A stretch of DNA of 64,000 bases, from positions 4,476 to 68,475 of IMG/VR virus record IMGVR_UViG_3300012347_000106; one strand, 5' to 3'. The translations under genes were made by a program, and so were the position numbers. The notes under the pieces were generated by a model that was given only the letters and a program-made list of their open reading frames with translations, did not search any database and was not told where the DNA came from. Positions 53,635 through 63,833 of the stretch are shown piece by piece (within the stretch, counting starts at the first letter, position 1; each line of letters opens with the position of its first letter). The stretch is from a virus.

Positions 53635-54197
53635 ACGCTATGCCAAAAAGAAAGACCTCAAGTGGGCCCCAACAGCTGGACTGCTCGGACGGAGCCAAGA
53701 TGCTGATCGACCAGATGAAGGAACACCCTGAAGAGTTCAAGGGTTACGCTGGGAAGTTCACCAGCATACTGGATAAAGCCCGCACGGCCACGCAAGGTGG
53801 CGTCACTGCTATGTCCAAGCGGGACGTCATTGCCATCATGGATGCTGCGGAAACGCACCTCTACGAAGTATGGCTGGCCGAGGATGTGCTGACTCAGATC
53901 ATGAAGCCGAAGCCGGAAGAAGAAGGAAAAGCGTGGGGCACCACCACCGGGCGCAGTCCGGGTAAGTCAGTGATCGGCCAACTGCAGGGGGGTACCATTT
54001 CCAACGCTGCAGCATATTCAAACAGCATCGGGGCCTCTAACACAGCCACCTCGCAGTACATAGAGCAGGTGTACCGGATAGAGCAGGAGAAGTACGCGCT
54101 GAAGCTGGAGAGGGAGCGCTACGAGCAAGAGGAATTTAAACGACGCGAACACGAACACGCGATGCGCATCACAAAACCGGGTTGGACGCTCAGATGA
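53631..54197 (+). CDS. hypothetical protein
   Basis: 188 aa. Confidence 0.5.
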   Translation: MNAMPKRKTSSGPQQLDCSDGAKMLIDQMKEHPEEFKGYAGKFTSILDKARTATQGGVTAMSKRDVIAIMDAAETHLYEVWLAEDVLTQIMKPKPEEEGKAWGTTTGRSPGKSVIGQLQGGTISNAAAYSNSIGASNTATSQYIEQVYRIEQEKYALKLERERYEQEEFKRREHEHAMRITKPGWTLR

Positions 54198-56083
54198 AAA
54201 TTGTCACATTCGATGCGGAGACGTACTACGACCGCGAGTACAGCTTGAGCAAGATCACCACTGAGGACTACGTGCGTTCGCCGCAGTTCGAGCTGATTGG
54301 TTTTGCCATTAAGACCAACGACGGCCCCAGTCAGTGGGTGCCCAAGCCTGAGTGCGAGGCGTTCATCAAGTCCTTCGACTGGTCTGACGCGATGGTGGTG
54401 TGCCAGAACACAGCCTTCGATGGCGCCATCCTCGATTGGCACTACGGCGTCAAGCCGCTGGTGTGGGCCGACACGCTGGGCATGTCCCGCGCCCTGTACC
54501 CGCACGACCGGGCGCATAGCCTCAAGGCGCAAGCCGAACGCATGGGTGTGGGGGTCAAGGGTGACGAGGTGATGAACGCCATCGGCAAACGCTACGCTGA
54601 CTTCTACGATGCGGAGCTGGCACGGTACGCCGCTTACTGCATCAACGACGTGGAGCTGACGTACGACATCTTCATGATGTACATGGACGCTGGCTTTCCA
54701 AAGCAAGAGTTGAAGCTGATCGACCTGACACTGCGCATGTTCATTGAGCCTGTGCTGGAGCTAGACTCTGAGCTGCTGCGTGAGCACTTGGAAGCCGTGA
54801 AGGAGGCCAAGCTGGCTCTGCTGGAGACGGTGCGCGACCACATGCTCAAGGACGCTGACCCAGACTACGTGCATGCGATCTACACCGAGGGTATGGACGG
54901 CATCAAGAAGCTGCTCATGTCCAACGACAAGTTCGCACTGGCCCTGCAGTCACTGGGCGTTACGCCACCTACCAAGATCAGCGCGGCTACCAAGAAGACG
55001 GCATGGGCATTTGCCAAGACAGACGAGGCGTTCAAGGCGCTTGAGGAACACGAAGATGAAAGAGTGCAAGCGCTGGTGGCTGCCCGACTCGGGAATAAAA
55101 CCACACTGGAGGAGACTCGTACGGAGCGCTTTATTGGGATGGCTCGTCGCGGCAAGTTTCCGGTTCCTCTGCGTTACTACGGTGCTCATTCTGGTCGTTG
55201 GTCCGGCCAAGATTCTGTAAACCTGCAGAACCTGCCGTCACGCGGCGCGAACGCTGGCAAGATCAAGAAAGCCATTCTGGCCCCCAAGGGCTACGTGGTG
55301 ATCGACTGCGACTCCGCGCAGATTGAGGCCCGTGTGCTGGCGTGGCTGGCAGGGCAAGAGGATTTGGTTCAAGCGTTCAGGGACAAGCAAGATGTTTACA
55401 AACTCATGGCGACGAAAATTTACGGTATCGCGCTTGACGGCGTCAACAAAACACAGCGTCAGGTTGGCAAGACTGTTGTTCTTGGGGCTGGTTACGGCGT
55501 CGGCCACGTCAAGCTACAACTGTTCCTTAAAACCCAAGCGGGCGTTGAAGTTACGCTTGAGGAAGCCAAGCGCATTATCGACACGTACCGCAGCGCTTCC
55601 TACAAGATCGCCGACTTCTGGCGTACGGCGGGCGAAGCGCTCACGGCGTTGACGGTTGGTCAGTCTATGCAGGTGGATGCGGTGGGCTTGATACGCGCCG
55701 TACCCGGCAAAGGCTTGACGCTGCCAAGCGGTCTGCACATCCAGTACCCCAACCTGCGCGCAGTGACTAACGCCGATACGGGCAAGCAAGAGCTGGTGTA
55801 CACATCCAAAGGGTTGCCTGTTCGCATCTACGGCGGGAAGGTCGTGGAGAACATCTGCCAAGCGGTGGCCCGTCAGGTGGTGGCCGAGCAGATGCTGCGA
55901 GTATCCAAGCGGTACAAGGCGGTGCTGACGGTGCACGACGCTGTGGCCATCGTTGCCAAGGAGGAAGAAGCCACCGAGGCCCAAGCCTATCTGGAAGAGT
56001 GCATGAGTTGGGTTCCCAAGTGGGCGACTGGCCTGCCTCTGGCATGTGAATCCGGCATGGGCGCTTCCTACGGCGACTGTTGA
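54194..56083 (+). CDS. DNA polymerase, family A (Pol I-like) with 3'-5' exonuclease domain
   Basis: Exo motif FDAETYY. Motif A VVIDCDSAQIEARVLA, motif B RQVGKTVVLGAGYG, motif C LTVHDAV. Confidence 0.85.
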   Translation: MKIVTFDAETYYDREYSLSKITTEDYVRSPQFELIGFAIKTNDGPSQWVPKPECEAFIKSFDWSDAMVVCQNTAFDGAILDWHYGVKPLVWADTLGMSRALYPHDRAHSLKAQAERMGVGVKGDEVMNAIGKRYADFYDAELARYAAYCINDVELTYDIFMMYMDAGFPKQELKLIDLTLRMFIEPVLELDSELLREHLEAVKEAKLALLETVRDHMLKDADPDYVHAIYTEGMDGIKKLLMSNDKFALALQSLGVTPPTKISAATKKTAWAFAKTDEAFKALEEHEDERVQALVAARLGNKTTLEETRTERFIGMARRGKFPVPLRYYGAHSGRWSGQDSVNLQNLPSRGANAGKIKKAILAPKGYVVIDCDSAQIEARVLAWLAGQEDLVQAFRDKQDVYKLMATKIYGIALDGVNKTQRQVGKTVVLGAGYGVGHVKLQLFLKTQAGVEVTLEEAKRIIDTYRSASYKIADFWRTAGEALTALTVGQSMQVDAVGLIRAVPGKGLTLPSGLHIQYPNLRAVTNADTGKQELVYTSKGLPVRIYGGKVVENICQAVARQVVAEQMLRVSKRYKAVLTVHDAVAIVAKEEEATEAQAYLEECMSWVPKWATGLPLACESGMGASYGDC

Positions 56084-56790
56084 CTGGTAAACTGGGGGTC
56101 CAAACAAACCTCCGGTTCACTTCTATGGCACTCGCTCATTCCTATTCGTCCGTCAAAGACTACGAGGGCTGCGCCCGTCGTTATCACGAAGTTCGTATCC
56201 TCAAAAAATTCAAGTCACAAGACACTACAGCAACACTTTATGGAACAGCAGTTCACAAAGCCTTTGAAGACTTCATCAAGGATGGCACCCCACTCCCTGA
56301 GAGTTTTGCGCAATACAAGCCATTCGTGGAACCTCTCGCTGCCCACCCGGGCGACATCCGATGCGAGGAAAGAATGGCGATCCGAGCTGACTTTAGCCCG
56401 TGTGAATTCTTTGACAAAGACGTATGGTTCCGGGGAATTCCGGACTACCTTGCCATCAGCAAGTCAGGGAAGACAGCCCTCGTAGGCGACTACAAGACCG
56501 GCAAGTCCAGCCGGTATGCGGACACCGCGCAGCTCGAACTCATGGCCGCTATGGTCATGCTGCACCACCCCACCGTGGACAAAGTTAAAGGCGCCCTGTT
56601 GTTCGTGGTGGTTGGCGACATCATCAAGGCTGAGTACACTCGTGCTCAGCTCCCCGAGATTCTGTCCAAGTGGGCAGGCAGAGCCGGGGCCATCGAGAAG
56701 GCCGTAGACGTGGGGGTGTGGAATCCCCGCAGTTCAGCTCTCTGCAAGTTCTGCCCCGTCAACACATGCGAGTACCATCATGGCAACTAA
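56080..56790 (+). CDS. PD-(D/E)xK nuclease of RecB/Cas4-like type with C-terminal Cys cluster
   Basis: GIPDYLAI...VGDYKTGKS nuclease motif and CKFCPVNTCEYHH cysteine cluster. Confidence 0.65.
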   Translation: MTGKLGVQTNLRFTSMALAHSYSSVKDYEGCARRYHEVRILKKFKSQDTTATLYGTAVHKAFEDFIKDGTPLPESFAQYKPFVEPLAAHPGDIRCEERMAIRADFSPCEFFDKDVWFRGIPDYLAISKSGKTALVGDYKTGKSSRYADTAQLELMAAMVMLHHPTVDKVKGALLFVVVGDIIKAEYTRAQLPEILSKWAGRAGAIEKAVDVGVWNPRSSALCKFCPVNTCEYHHGN

Positions 56791-57064
56791 GCGCAACTAC
56801 AAACAAGAATACGAGCGGTATCAGGGCACCCCTGAGCAGCTCAAGGCACAGTCCGAACGTCACAAGGCGCGACGTGCGTACGAGAAGGCCAATGGCGATC
56901 TGCCATCAACCGTAGACGTGGACCACAAGAAGGCCATGTCCAAGGGCGGCTCGTCCAAACTCAGCAACCTGCGGGCCGCTCCGCAGTCTGAGAACACCAG
57001 CTTCTCCCGCACAAAAACAGGTGCGATGAAGTCCCAAATTTCCAAGCGCGAGCGCAAAAAGTAA
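56780..57064 (+). CDS. small HNH-like nuclease
   Basis: VDVDHKKAMSKGGSSKLSNLRAAPQSEN fits the DH...SKGG...N.L...N HNH pattern. 94 aa. Confidence 0.45.
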   Translation: MATKRNYKQEYERYQGTPEQLKAQSERHKARRAYEKANGDLPSTVDVDHKKAMSKGGSSKLSNLRAAPQSENTSFSRTKTGAMKSQISKRERKK

Positions 57065-57116
57065 GTTACGATTTGGCTGCCAGCGACAACTGGCGGCATG
57101 ATTCTCCTAAGTGTTC

Positions 57117-57147
57117 GGCCGGGTAGGCAGCTACCCGGCCACTTTTT
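57117..57147 (+). terminator. intrinsic terminator
   Basis: GGCCGGGTAG-gcag-CTACCCGGCC hairpin followed by ACTTTTT. Confidence 0.65.
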
Positions 57148-57177
57148 CCGTCCATCAACATTTTCTATTCACAATCC

Positions 57178-58731
57178 ATGCAAGTCATTGAAGACAAAGC
57201 GCTGCTGTTCAACACGCGCAAAGCAGGGCAGATCACCGCGATCATTCCCAAGAGTAAAGTCGTTGCAAGCAACGGCGATGTAGACCAACTGCTGGTCAAC
57301 TGGGGCTTCGATGAGGTGCAGCTCCTGCGCAATATGGGCATCAAGGATGTCCCAAGCCCCATACGAGGTCGATACAAATGGCCGGGCATGTTCTCCCCGT
57401 TCGACCACCAGCGCACCACTGCAGACTTCCTCACACTCAACCCTCGATGCTTCGTGTTCAACGAGGCTGGCACTGGCAAGACGAGTGCTGCCGCGTGGGC
57501 TGCCGACTACCTTATGCAGCAGGGCAAGGTCAAGCGCGTACTCGTGGTGTGCCCCGTGTCCATCATGGAGACTGCGTGGCGCTCTGACTTGTTCAAGACC
57601 GTGATGCACCGCACAGTGGCTATCGCGCAAGGCTCACGCACACAGCGCCAAGCCGTCATCAAGGGCAACTACGAGTTCGTCATCATCAACTTCGATGGCG
57701 TGAAGGTTGTGACGCAAGAGCTGATCGACGGCGGGTTTGATCTCATCATTGTGGACGAGGCCAACGCCATCAAGACCGTGCAGACCGAACGCTGGAAATG
57801 CTTGGCTGCGCTGGTCAAGCCCAGTACCCGACTGTGGATGATGACGGGCACACCGGCATCGCAGTCTCCGCTCGATGCATACGGCTTGGCCAAGCTGGTG
57901 AACCCCGATGCTGTGCCTAAGTTCTTCGGCTCGTTCCGCGACCGCGTGATGATTAAGCTCTCGCAGTACCGATGGGTGCCGCGTCAAGATGCGCAAGCAA
58001 TCGTGCACCAAGTGTTGCAGCCAGCCATCAGGTTCACCAAGGCCGAGTGTCTGGACCTGCCAGACATGCTGTACTCCACACGCGAGGTGCCACTGACACC
58101 GCAGCAGACCAAGTACTATGACGCAATCAAAAAGCAAATGGCCGTCATCGCGGCAGGCTCTGAAGTCACGGCCGTCAATGCAGCATCCATGCTCAACAAG
58201 CTGCTCCAGATTTCACAGGGCGCGGTCTACACGGACGATAGGGATGTGGTTGAGTTTGATGTGGACAACCGCGTCAATGAACTTCTCGATGTGATAGCCG
58301 GAACCAATGAGAAGGTGCTGGTGTTCGTGCCGTACCGGCACACGCTGGAGATGCTCAACGACCGCGTCATCAAGGCAGGCTACACCACGGCAACCATCCA
58401 CGGGGGCGTGGCTGCGGGCAAGCGAGCCGAGATCATCAAGGAGTTCCAGACCGAGGACGACCCGCGAGTTCTCATCATGGTGCCGCAGGCCACAGCCCAC
58501 GGGATTACCCTGACTCGTGCCAACCAAGTGGTGTGGTGGGGTCCAGTAAGCTCCACGGAAATCTACATTCAAGCCAATGCCCGCGCCCACCGAGCAGGGC
58601 AGAAAAACTGCGTTACAGTCACGCACTTGCAGGGCAGCCCCGTCGAGCGGCGCATGTACTCTCTCCTGCAAAGCAAGGTCGATCTTCACCAAGCGTTGGT
58701 GGATTTGTATAAGCAGGAGATTGAGTCGTGA
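57178..58731 (+). CDS. SNF2-family (SF2) DNA helicase/ATPase
   Basis: Motif I NEAGTGKT, motif II IIVDEANAIK, plus a C-terminal helicase domain with the conserved arginines of motif VI (QANARAHRAGQ). Confidence 0.8.
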   Translation: MQVIEDKALLFNTRKAGQITAIIPKSKVVASNGDVDQLLVNWGFDEVQLLRNMGIKDVPSPIRGRYKWPGMFSPFDHQRTTADFLTLNPRCFVFNEAGTGKTSAAAWAADYLMQQGKVKRVLVVCPVSIMETAWRSDLFKTVMHRTVAIAQGSRTQRQAVIKGNYEFVIINFDGVKVVTQELIDGGFDLIIVDEANAIKTVQTERWKCLAALVKPSTRLWMMTGTPASQSPLDAYGLAKLVNPDAVPKFFGSFRDRVMIKLSQYRWVPRQDAQAIVHQVLQPAIRFTKAECLDLPDMLYSTREVPLTPQQTKYYDAIKKQMAVIAAGSEVTAVNAASMLNKLLQISQGAVYTDDRDVVEFDVDNRVNELLDVIAGTNEKVLVFVPYRHTLEMLNDRVIKAGYTTATIHGGVAAGKRAEIIKEFQTEDDPRVLIMVPQATAHGITLTRANQVVWWGPVSSTEIYIQANARAHRAGQKNCVTVTHLQGSPVERRMYSLLQSKVDLHQALVDLYKQEIES

Positions 58732-59030
58732 GCAACATAATTGACTTTGCCAAGCTGAAGGAAGCCCAGAAGCCACATGCCAGCGGACAGTGCTATTGCA
58801 TGGCGTGCAGCCACGAGTGGATGGGTGTGTGGCCCGTGGGCACTACCGAAATGGAATGCCCGGAGTGCAAGAGCATGCGCGGTCGCAGCAAATACGACTA
58901 CGCCCCGGCGAAAGGTGTTCAGGTCTGGTCCTGCATGCTCTGCGGAAACCAACTATTCAATCTGCTACCAGACAGAGTGCACTGCCCCGGATGCGGTTGC
59001 CAGTGGGATTACGAAGACCTAAAGCCTTGA
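58728..59030 (+). CDS. zinc-ribbon-rich small protein
   Basis: 100 aa with several CxxC pairs (CYCMAC, CPEC, CMLC, CPGCGC). Confidence 0.5.
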   Translation: MSNIIDFAKLKEAQKPHASGQCYCMACSHEWMGVWPVGTTEMECPECKSMRGRSKYDYAPAKGVQVWSCMLCGNQLFNLLPDRVHCPGCGCQWDYEDLKP

Positions 59031-59089
59031 CACTAGTATTTGACACTGTATAATTTCAATTCGTTCAACGCAAATCAAAAGGAAATCAC

Positions 59090-59368
59090 ATGAACATAAA
59101 GAAGACGACTGAGGAAATCCTTGCGGACATTCCTAAAAACCTCGGGGTAGACGTTGAGTCACACACGGTTCTGGGCACAACCCCAGAGTTCGCGTGGTAC
59201 GAAGTTGAAGTCCTGTTGAAGGACATGCAGCAGACCCGTATGTGGGAAGCTCGCATCAAGCGCTTAGTTGACGTGATGACTGCGCACCGTACCCAGCAAG
59301 ACAAAATGATTGCCCAACTCATGGATGAGAACCGCGCCCTCAAGAAACAAATTACGGGGGGTGCGTAA
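59090..59368 (+). CDS. hypothetical protein
   Basis: 92 aa with an AAAAGGAAA SD. Confidence 0.45.
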   Translation: MNIKKTTEEILADIPKNLGVDVESHTVLGTTPEFAWYEVEVLLKDMQQTRMWEARIKRLVDVMTAHRTQQDKMIAQLMDENRALKKQITGGA

Positions 59369-59369
59369 G

Positions 59370-59756
59370 ATGGATGCCAACACACTGATAAAGGTTTACG
59401 TCAAGATTCGTGACGCTAAAGCCGCCAAACAAAAAGAGATGGAAGCAGAGGTTGCTGCACTCGACGAGCAACTGAGCACCATCGAAGCCGAACTGCTGGA
59501 GCTGTGCAAGACCACAGGCCAAGACGGTGGCAAAACACAATTCGGATCGTTCCGCCGATCCGTCAAGACTCGGTACTGGACCTCCGATTGGGACAGCATG
59601 TACCGTTTCATCAAAGAACACGATGCGCCAGAACTTCTGGAGCGCCGCGTAAGTCAGACCACCTTCAAGGAATTCCTGAAGGACAACCCTGACAAAATGC
59701 CCGAGGGGATGAATGTGGAGTCTCGTTACGCCATCACCGTCACCCGAGCACGTTAA
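59370..59756 (+). CDS. hypothetical protein
   Basis: Start at Met21 of the track ORF. 128 aa. Confidence 0.45.
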   Translation: MDANTLIKVYVKIRDAKAAKQKEMEAEVAALDEQLSTIEAELLELCKTTGQDGGKTQFGSFRRSVKTRYWTSDWDSMYRFIKEHDAPELLERRVSQTTFKEFLKDNPDKMPEGMNVESRYAITVTRAR

Positions 59757-59774
59757 ATCAACCAAGGAAATCAA

Positions 59775-60686
59775 ATGAGCAACATGACACTTTTCAAATC
59801 CGGTTCCGTTATCCCCGACTACCTGCGTGAGGCATCTGACGCAACCACCAAAGACATCGCTGGCTCGTCCGGCGGCAAGAGCATCTCCATCAAGGGCGGC
59901 GTATGGCGCATGGTGGTTGGTGGTGAGGAAGTCGCAAAGAACGAAGAGCGCTCCATGAACATCGTGGTCATCTCTGCCGGTAAGGGTGTGTCCCGCACGT
60001 TCTATGCGGACAAATACGAAGAAGGCAAAGACATCAAGCCAGCATGCTGGTCGGCCGAAGGCGCTGTGCCCAACGAAGAAGTGCCGAACCCACAAGCCAA
60101 GACCTGCGCTACCTGCCCTCAGAACATCGAAGGCTCCGGTGATGGTAAGTCCCGCGCCTGCCGTTACAGCAAGCGTCTGGCTGTGGCTTTGGAGAACGAT
60201 ATTGCTGGCAACATCTACCGCCTGTCGGTGCCCGCCAAGTCCTACTTCGGCAAGGCTGACGGTGACAAGATGCCTCTGCAAGCCTACGGCAAGTTCCTGT
60301 CTGGCCACGGTATCCCAATCACTGGCGTTGTGACCGAAGCCCGCTTCGACACAGCAGAAGCCGTGCCTGTCCTGAAGTTCCGCGCTGTGCGCCCACTGGA
60401 GCGTTCCGAATGGGAAGCTGCCAAGGCCCAGAGCTTGACCGAAGACGCCATGCAAGCCGTTGAGTTCAAGATGGTGCCGAGCAAGACGGACAGCAAGCAA
60501 GCCGCGCTGCCCGCAGCGTTCAAGGATGCAGACATTCCTGCCAAGGAAGAAGCACCCAAGGCGCAAGCTGAAGAAGTGGCTGAGCCAGTCAAGCGCCCCG
60601 CCAAGGCCAAGGCTGATGCAGCTCCCGTAACCAACTCAAAGGTCGCTGACATTTTGAGCGACTGGGCGACTGACGACGATGCGTGA
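59775..60686 (+). CDS. putative single-stranded DNA-binding protein (zinc-ribbon, acidic C-terminal tail)
   Basis: Four-Cys cluster (C..C..C..C) in the N-terminal half and an acidic C-terminus ADILSDWATDDDA as in phage/bacterial SSB tails. Sits among replication genes. Confidence 0.45.
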   Translation: MSNMTLFKSGSVIPDYLREASDATTKDIAGSSGGKSISIKGGVWRMVVGGEEVAKNEERSMNIVVISAGKGVSRTFYADKYEEGKDIKPACWSAEGAVPNEEVPNPQAKTCATCPQNIEGSGDGKSRACRYSKRLAVALENDIAGNIYRLSVPAKSYFGKADGDKMPLQAYGKFLSGHGIPITGVVTEARFDTAEAVPVLKFRAVRPLERSEWEAAKAQSLTEDAMQAVEFKMVPSKTDSKQAALPAAFKDADIPAKEEAPKAQAEEVAEPVKRPAKAKADAAPVTNSKVADILSDWATDDDA

Positions 60687-60927
60687 TAGAACCCGAGGGT
60701 ATGACTCCCTCTTCATCCGGAAGGTAGAAGAAGCCGACCAGAAGCCGGCTGTTCTGCAGCTGGCCGATGTGTGCATCGAAAAGAACATCCCCGTCACGGA
60801 AGTGGCGGCTTTGTTCGGGGTGACACGCGCGACTATCTACAACTGGATGACGGGGCTGACAACACCAAACCCTCGGTATCTGGCCATGATCCCAAAGATC
60901 ACCACACGCTTGTCCAAGCGTAAGTGA
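60679..60927 (+). CDS. small HTH DNA-binding protein
   Basis: VTEVAALFGVTRATIYNWMTG helix-turn-helix. Confidence 0.5.
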   Translation: MRDRTRGYDSLFIRKVEEADQKPAVLQLADVCIEKNIPVTEVAALFGVTRATIYNWMTGLTTPNPRYLAMIPKITTRLSKRK

Positions 60928-60935
60928 TCGCGCCC

Positions 60936-60972
60936 AGCGGGGCGGTAGGTCTTCCTGCCGCCCCCTTTTTTA
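60936..60972 (+). terminator. intrinsic terminator
   Basis: GCGGGGCGG...CCGCCCC hairpin followed by TTTTTTAT. Confidence 0.6.
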
Positions 60973-60994
60973 TTCCAGCTACCCGAGAGGTTAT

Positions 60995-63829
60995 GTGACT
61001 GATTTTCTCAATTCCGTTCTGCCCACACAGGGCACGTACTGCACGGTAGGGATACGGTCCGGTGTTGTCAAACAATCGTTTCACCCGACGATTGATGACG
61101 TTGATGCTGTGAGCACTGCGCTCGTAGGTAAGGGTGTTGATGCGTACTTCGCACTGGCCACCTTCAATGACGATTCGAGCCGCAAGGTGGAGAACGCCGC
61201 GTTCCTGCGGGCTTTCTTTTTGGACTTGGACTGCGGAACGGGCAAGCCCTACGCTGACCAGCCTGCCGCTGCCCAAGCACTCTCCGTATTCATTTCAAGC
61301 ACCGGGCTCCCCAGCCCTACAGTGGTCAATTCAGGCGGTGGTCTGCATGTGTACTGGCCGTTGACCCAAGACATCCCGGCAGCCGATTGGTTGCCACACG
61401 CGAAATCCCTTAAGCGGTTGTGCACTCAGCACAACCTGCACGCCGACCCTGCGGTGACTGCGGACTGCGTTCGTATCCTGCGGGTGCCCGGCACTCAGAA
61501 CTACAAGACGGCGCCAGCGCGTCCGGTACAGATCGTTGCACAAGGTCAGCCGACTGATCTTAATGTGTTCATCCAATGCCTGCCCCCGGCACCCGTTGAT
61601 TTGTCTGCAGCCAAACAGTTTGGCATGGACGCTTCGACCCGTGACATCGCCGGTGGTGAGTTCCCCAAGTGCATGTTCTCCCGCATCGTCACCCGCAGCA
61701 TGGGCACTACCGGCTGTGCGCAGATCAAGCACGCGCTGGAGAACGCTGCTACCTTGGAAGAACCCCTGTGGCGTGCCGCCCTGTCCATCGCAGTTCGCTG
61801 TGAGGATGGTGCTGATTCGATCCACAAGTTGTCCAAGGCGCACCCCGGCTACACGGCATCGAACACCGAAGCCAAGGCAGCCGAGACCAAGGGCCCCTAC
61901 ACCTGCCAGTGGTACCGCGACAACAACGCCGAAGGCTGCAAGGGCTGCAAGCAGAACATCAGCAGTCCCATCCTGATCGGCAAGATCGTGGAGGAAGCCC
62001 CGGTTACGGATGACCACTACGTGATCGAGAAGGAAGAAGACGAGGACTCGCCCGTCGTGGCCCTGTCGATTCCGGCCTACCCGTATCCATACTTTCGCGG
62101 TGTAAACGGCGGGGTGTTCCGCAAGGACAGGGACAAGGACGGTGACGACGTCGAGGTTGAAGTCTACCCAGACGACCTATATCTGACAGAGCGCTTCTTC
62201 GACTCCGATGAGCACGACAGCGGTGACGGTGAGATGGTCGGCATCAACCTGCACATGCGCAAAGATGGTGTGCGCCGTTTCTTCGCCCCAGTCACCACGC
62301 TGTTCGCTACGGACAAGCTGCGTGACCTGTTGGTGCGCAATGGTGTCGTCGCCTACGGTAAAAAATTGGAAGTTCTCATGGCTTATTTCGCATCCGCAAT
62401 TCGTAAGCTGCAGTCCCAGTACGCAGCCAACCGCACCCGCAATCAGATGGGGTGGACTCCTGACCTGCTGGGCTTCGTCGTTGGTGAGTTGGAATACACC
62501 GCCTCTGGCGTCAAGCTGGCACCTCCTGCCAGTGGCACACGTCAGTTGGCTGCCGCGTTCAAACCGACCGGCAGCTTGGAAGAGTGGAAGAAGATCGCCA
62601 ACTTCTACAACCGCCCCGGCCTTGAGCCGCATGCACTGGCACTGTTCTTTGGCTTCGGCTCCCCTCTGCTGCGCCTGATCGAAGGCAACGTGGTCAAGGG
62701 CGCGATGGTGCACCTCAAGCACAACGGGTCTGGCTCCGGCAAGTCCACTGCTCAGATGGTGGCCAACTCGATCTTCGGGCACCCCGATGACCTGCTCATG
62801 AAGAAGGAGGACACCTATGCCTCCAAGATGCACATGCTGGGTATGGTCAACAGCCTGATCTATACCGTGGACGAGATCACGAACGAGAAGGCCGAAGTGT
62901 TGTCCGACATGGCCTACGGCTTCACCTCCGGGCGCGGCAAGCACCGTATGGAGTCCCAGTCCAACAAGATGCGGGCGAACCACACAGTCTGGTGCAACAT
63001 CACGCTGACCTCGGGCAACGCCTCGGTGACGGACGTACTGCAGCAATACAAGAGCACGGCTGACGGCGAACTGCGCCGCGTGTTGGAGTTGTCTGTGCCC
63101 AAGTACACCGGTGCCACGAAGCAAGAGATCGACGCCGTGTTTGGCAAGCTCAACACCAATTTCGGTGTGGCTGGGCCCATCTACATCGAGTACGTGATGT
63201 CGCACATGGATAGCGTGCGCGCACTGCTGTCCAACATGCAGACCAAGATTGACGCTGAGTTGGGTTTGGATCAGTCCGACCGCTTCTACTCCGCCATCCT
63301 GACCTGCGCGTTTGTGGGGGCCTTGATAAGCCGCCGCCTGCAACTGCATGAGATCGAAATCTCGCACGTCTACCAATACGCGCTAGGTGCGGTGACTCAG
63401 GTTCGCGCATCGACCAAGGCCGACATCGGCGACCCAACTACCGTGGCTCAGGAAACACTGGCTGCGTTCATCAACGAGAACGTGAACAACGCGTTGGTGG
63501 CACCATTCACACCGCCCGGTGGCTTGCCTGAGCGACCTGCGGTCACGCCGAAGGGCACCCTGCGTATGCGCTACGACCCGGAAACCCGGGAGCTGGCCAT
63601 ATCTGTGGCGGAGTTCCGCAGGTTCTTTGCCATGCGGCAGGTGGACGTGAAGGACAGCATCGTGCGTCTGAACCAAGCTCGGTACATGAAGCATGATGGC
63701 AAGTCCCACCCGACACGTTTGGGTGCTGGCGCCGTTGGCGGGCTGAGCGGTATCGCCATCCGATGCTACGTGTTTGACGGAGACGCAATTGGCATCGACG
63801 AGACGGCGTTCGCTACCCCCGCCGTCTGA
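60995..63829 (+). CDS. bifunctional primase-polymerase (AEP/PrimPol) fused to D5-type SF3 helicase
   Basis: GTG start with a GAGAGG SD. N-terminal AEP motifs FLDLDCG and VVNSGGGLHVYWPL. Central zinc-binding cysteines. C-terminal Walker A KHNGSGSGKST of SF3 helicases. Confidence 0.8.
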   Translation: MTDFLNSVLPTQGTYCTVGIRSGVVKQSFHPTIDDVDAVSTALVGKGVDAYFALATFNDDSSRKVENAAFLRAFFLDLDCGTGKPYADQPAAAQALSVFISSTGLPSPTVVNSGGGLHVYWPLTQDIPAADWLPHAKSLKRLCTQHNLHADPAVTADCVRILRVPGTQNYKTAPARPVQIVAQGQPTDLNVFIQCLPPAPVDLSAAKQFGMDASTRDIAGGEFPKCMFSRIVTRSMGTTGCAQIKHALENAATLEEPLWRAALSIAVRCEDGADSIHKLSKAHPGYTASNTEAKAAETKGPYTCQWYRDNNAEGCKGCKQNISSPILIGKIVEEAPVTDDHYVIEKEEDEDSPVVALSIPAYPYPYFRGVNGGVFRKDRDKDGDDVEVEVYPDDLYLTERFFDSDEHDSGDGEMVGINLHMRKDGVRRFFAPVTTLFATDKLRDLLVRNGVVAYGKKLEVLMAYFASAIRKLQSQYAANRTRNQMGWTPDLLGFVVGELEYTASGVKLAPPASGTRQLAAAFKPTGSLEEWKKIANFYNRPGLEPHALALFFGFGSPLLRLIEGNVVKGAMVHLKHNGSGSGKSTAQMVANSIFGHPDDLLMKKEDTYASKMHMLGMVNSLIYTVDEITNEKAEVLSDMAYGFTSGRGKHRMESQSNKMRANHTVWCNITLTSGNASVTDVLQQYKSTADGELRRVLELSVPKYTGATKQEIDAVFGKLNTNFGVAGPIYIEYVMSHMDSVRALLSNMQTKIDAELGLDQSDRFYSAILTCAFVGALISRRLQLHEIEISHVYQYALGAVTQVRASTKADIGDPTTVAQETLAAFINENVNNALVAPFTPPGGLPERPAVTPKGTLRMRYDPETRELAISVAEFRRFFAMRQVDVKDSIVRLNQARYMKHDGKSHPTRLGAGAVGGLSGIAIRCYVFDGDAIGIDETAFATPAV

Positions 63830-63833
63830 GGAC

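Noticed and set aside
59031-59089. Promoter at TTGACActgTATAAT upstream of gene 59090
   Set aside because: -35 and -10 hexamers are only 3 nt apart, a non-functional spacing. At most an extended -10-like element, so not called as a feature.
59352-63376. Long minus-strand ORFs (59352..60566, 404 aa; 61331..62017; 62177..63376, 399 aa) within the early arm
   Set aside because: Antisense to well-supported plus-strand genes (SSB-like, primase-helicase). Compositionally abnormal and without SD or start context.
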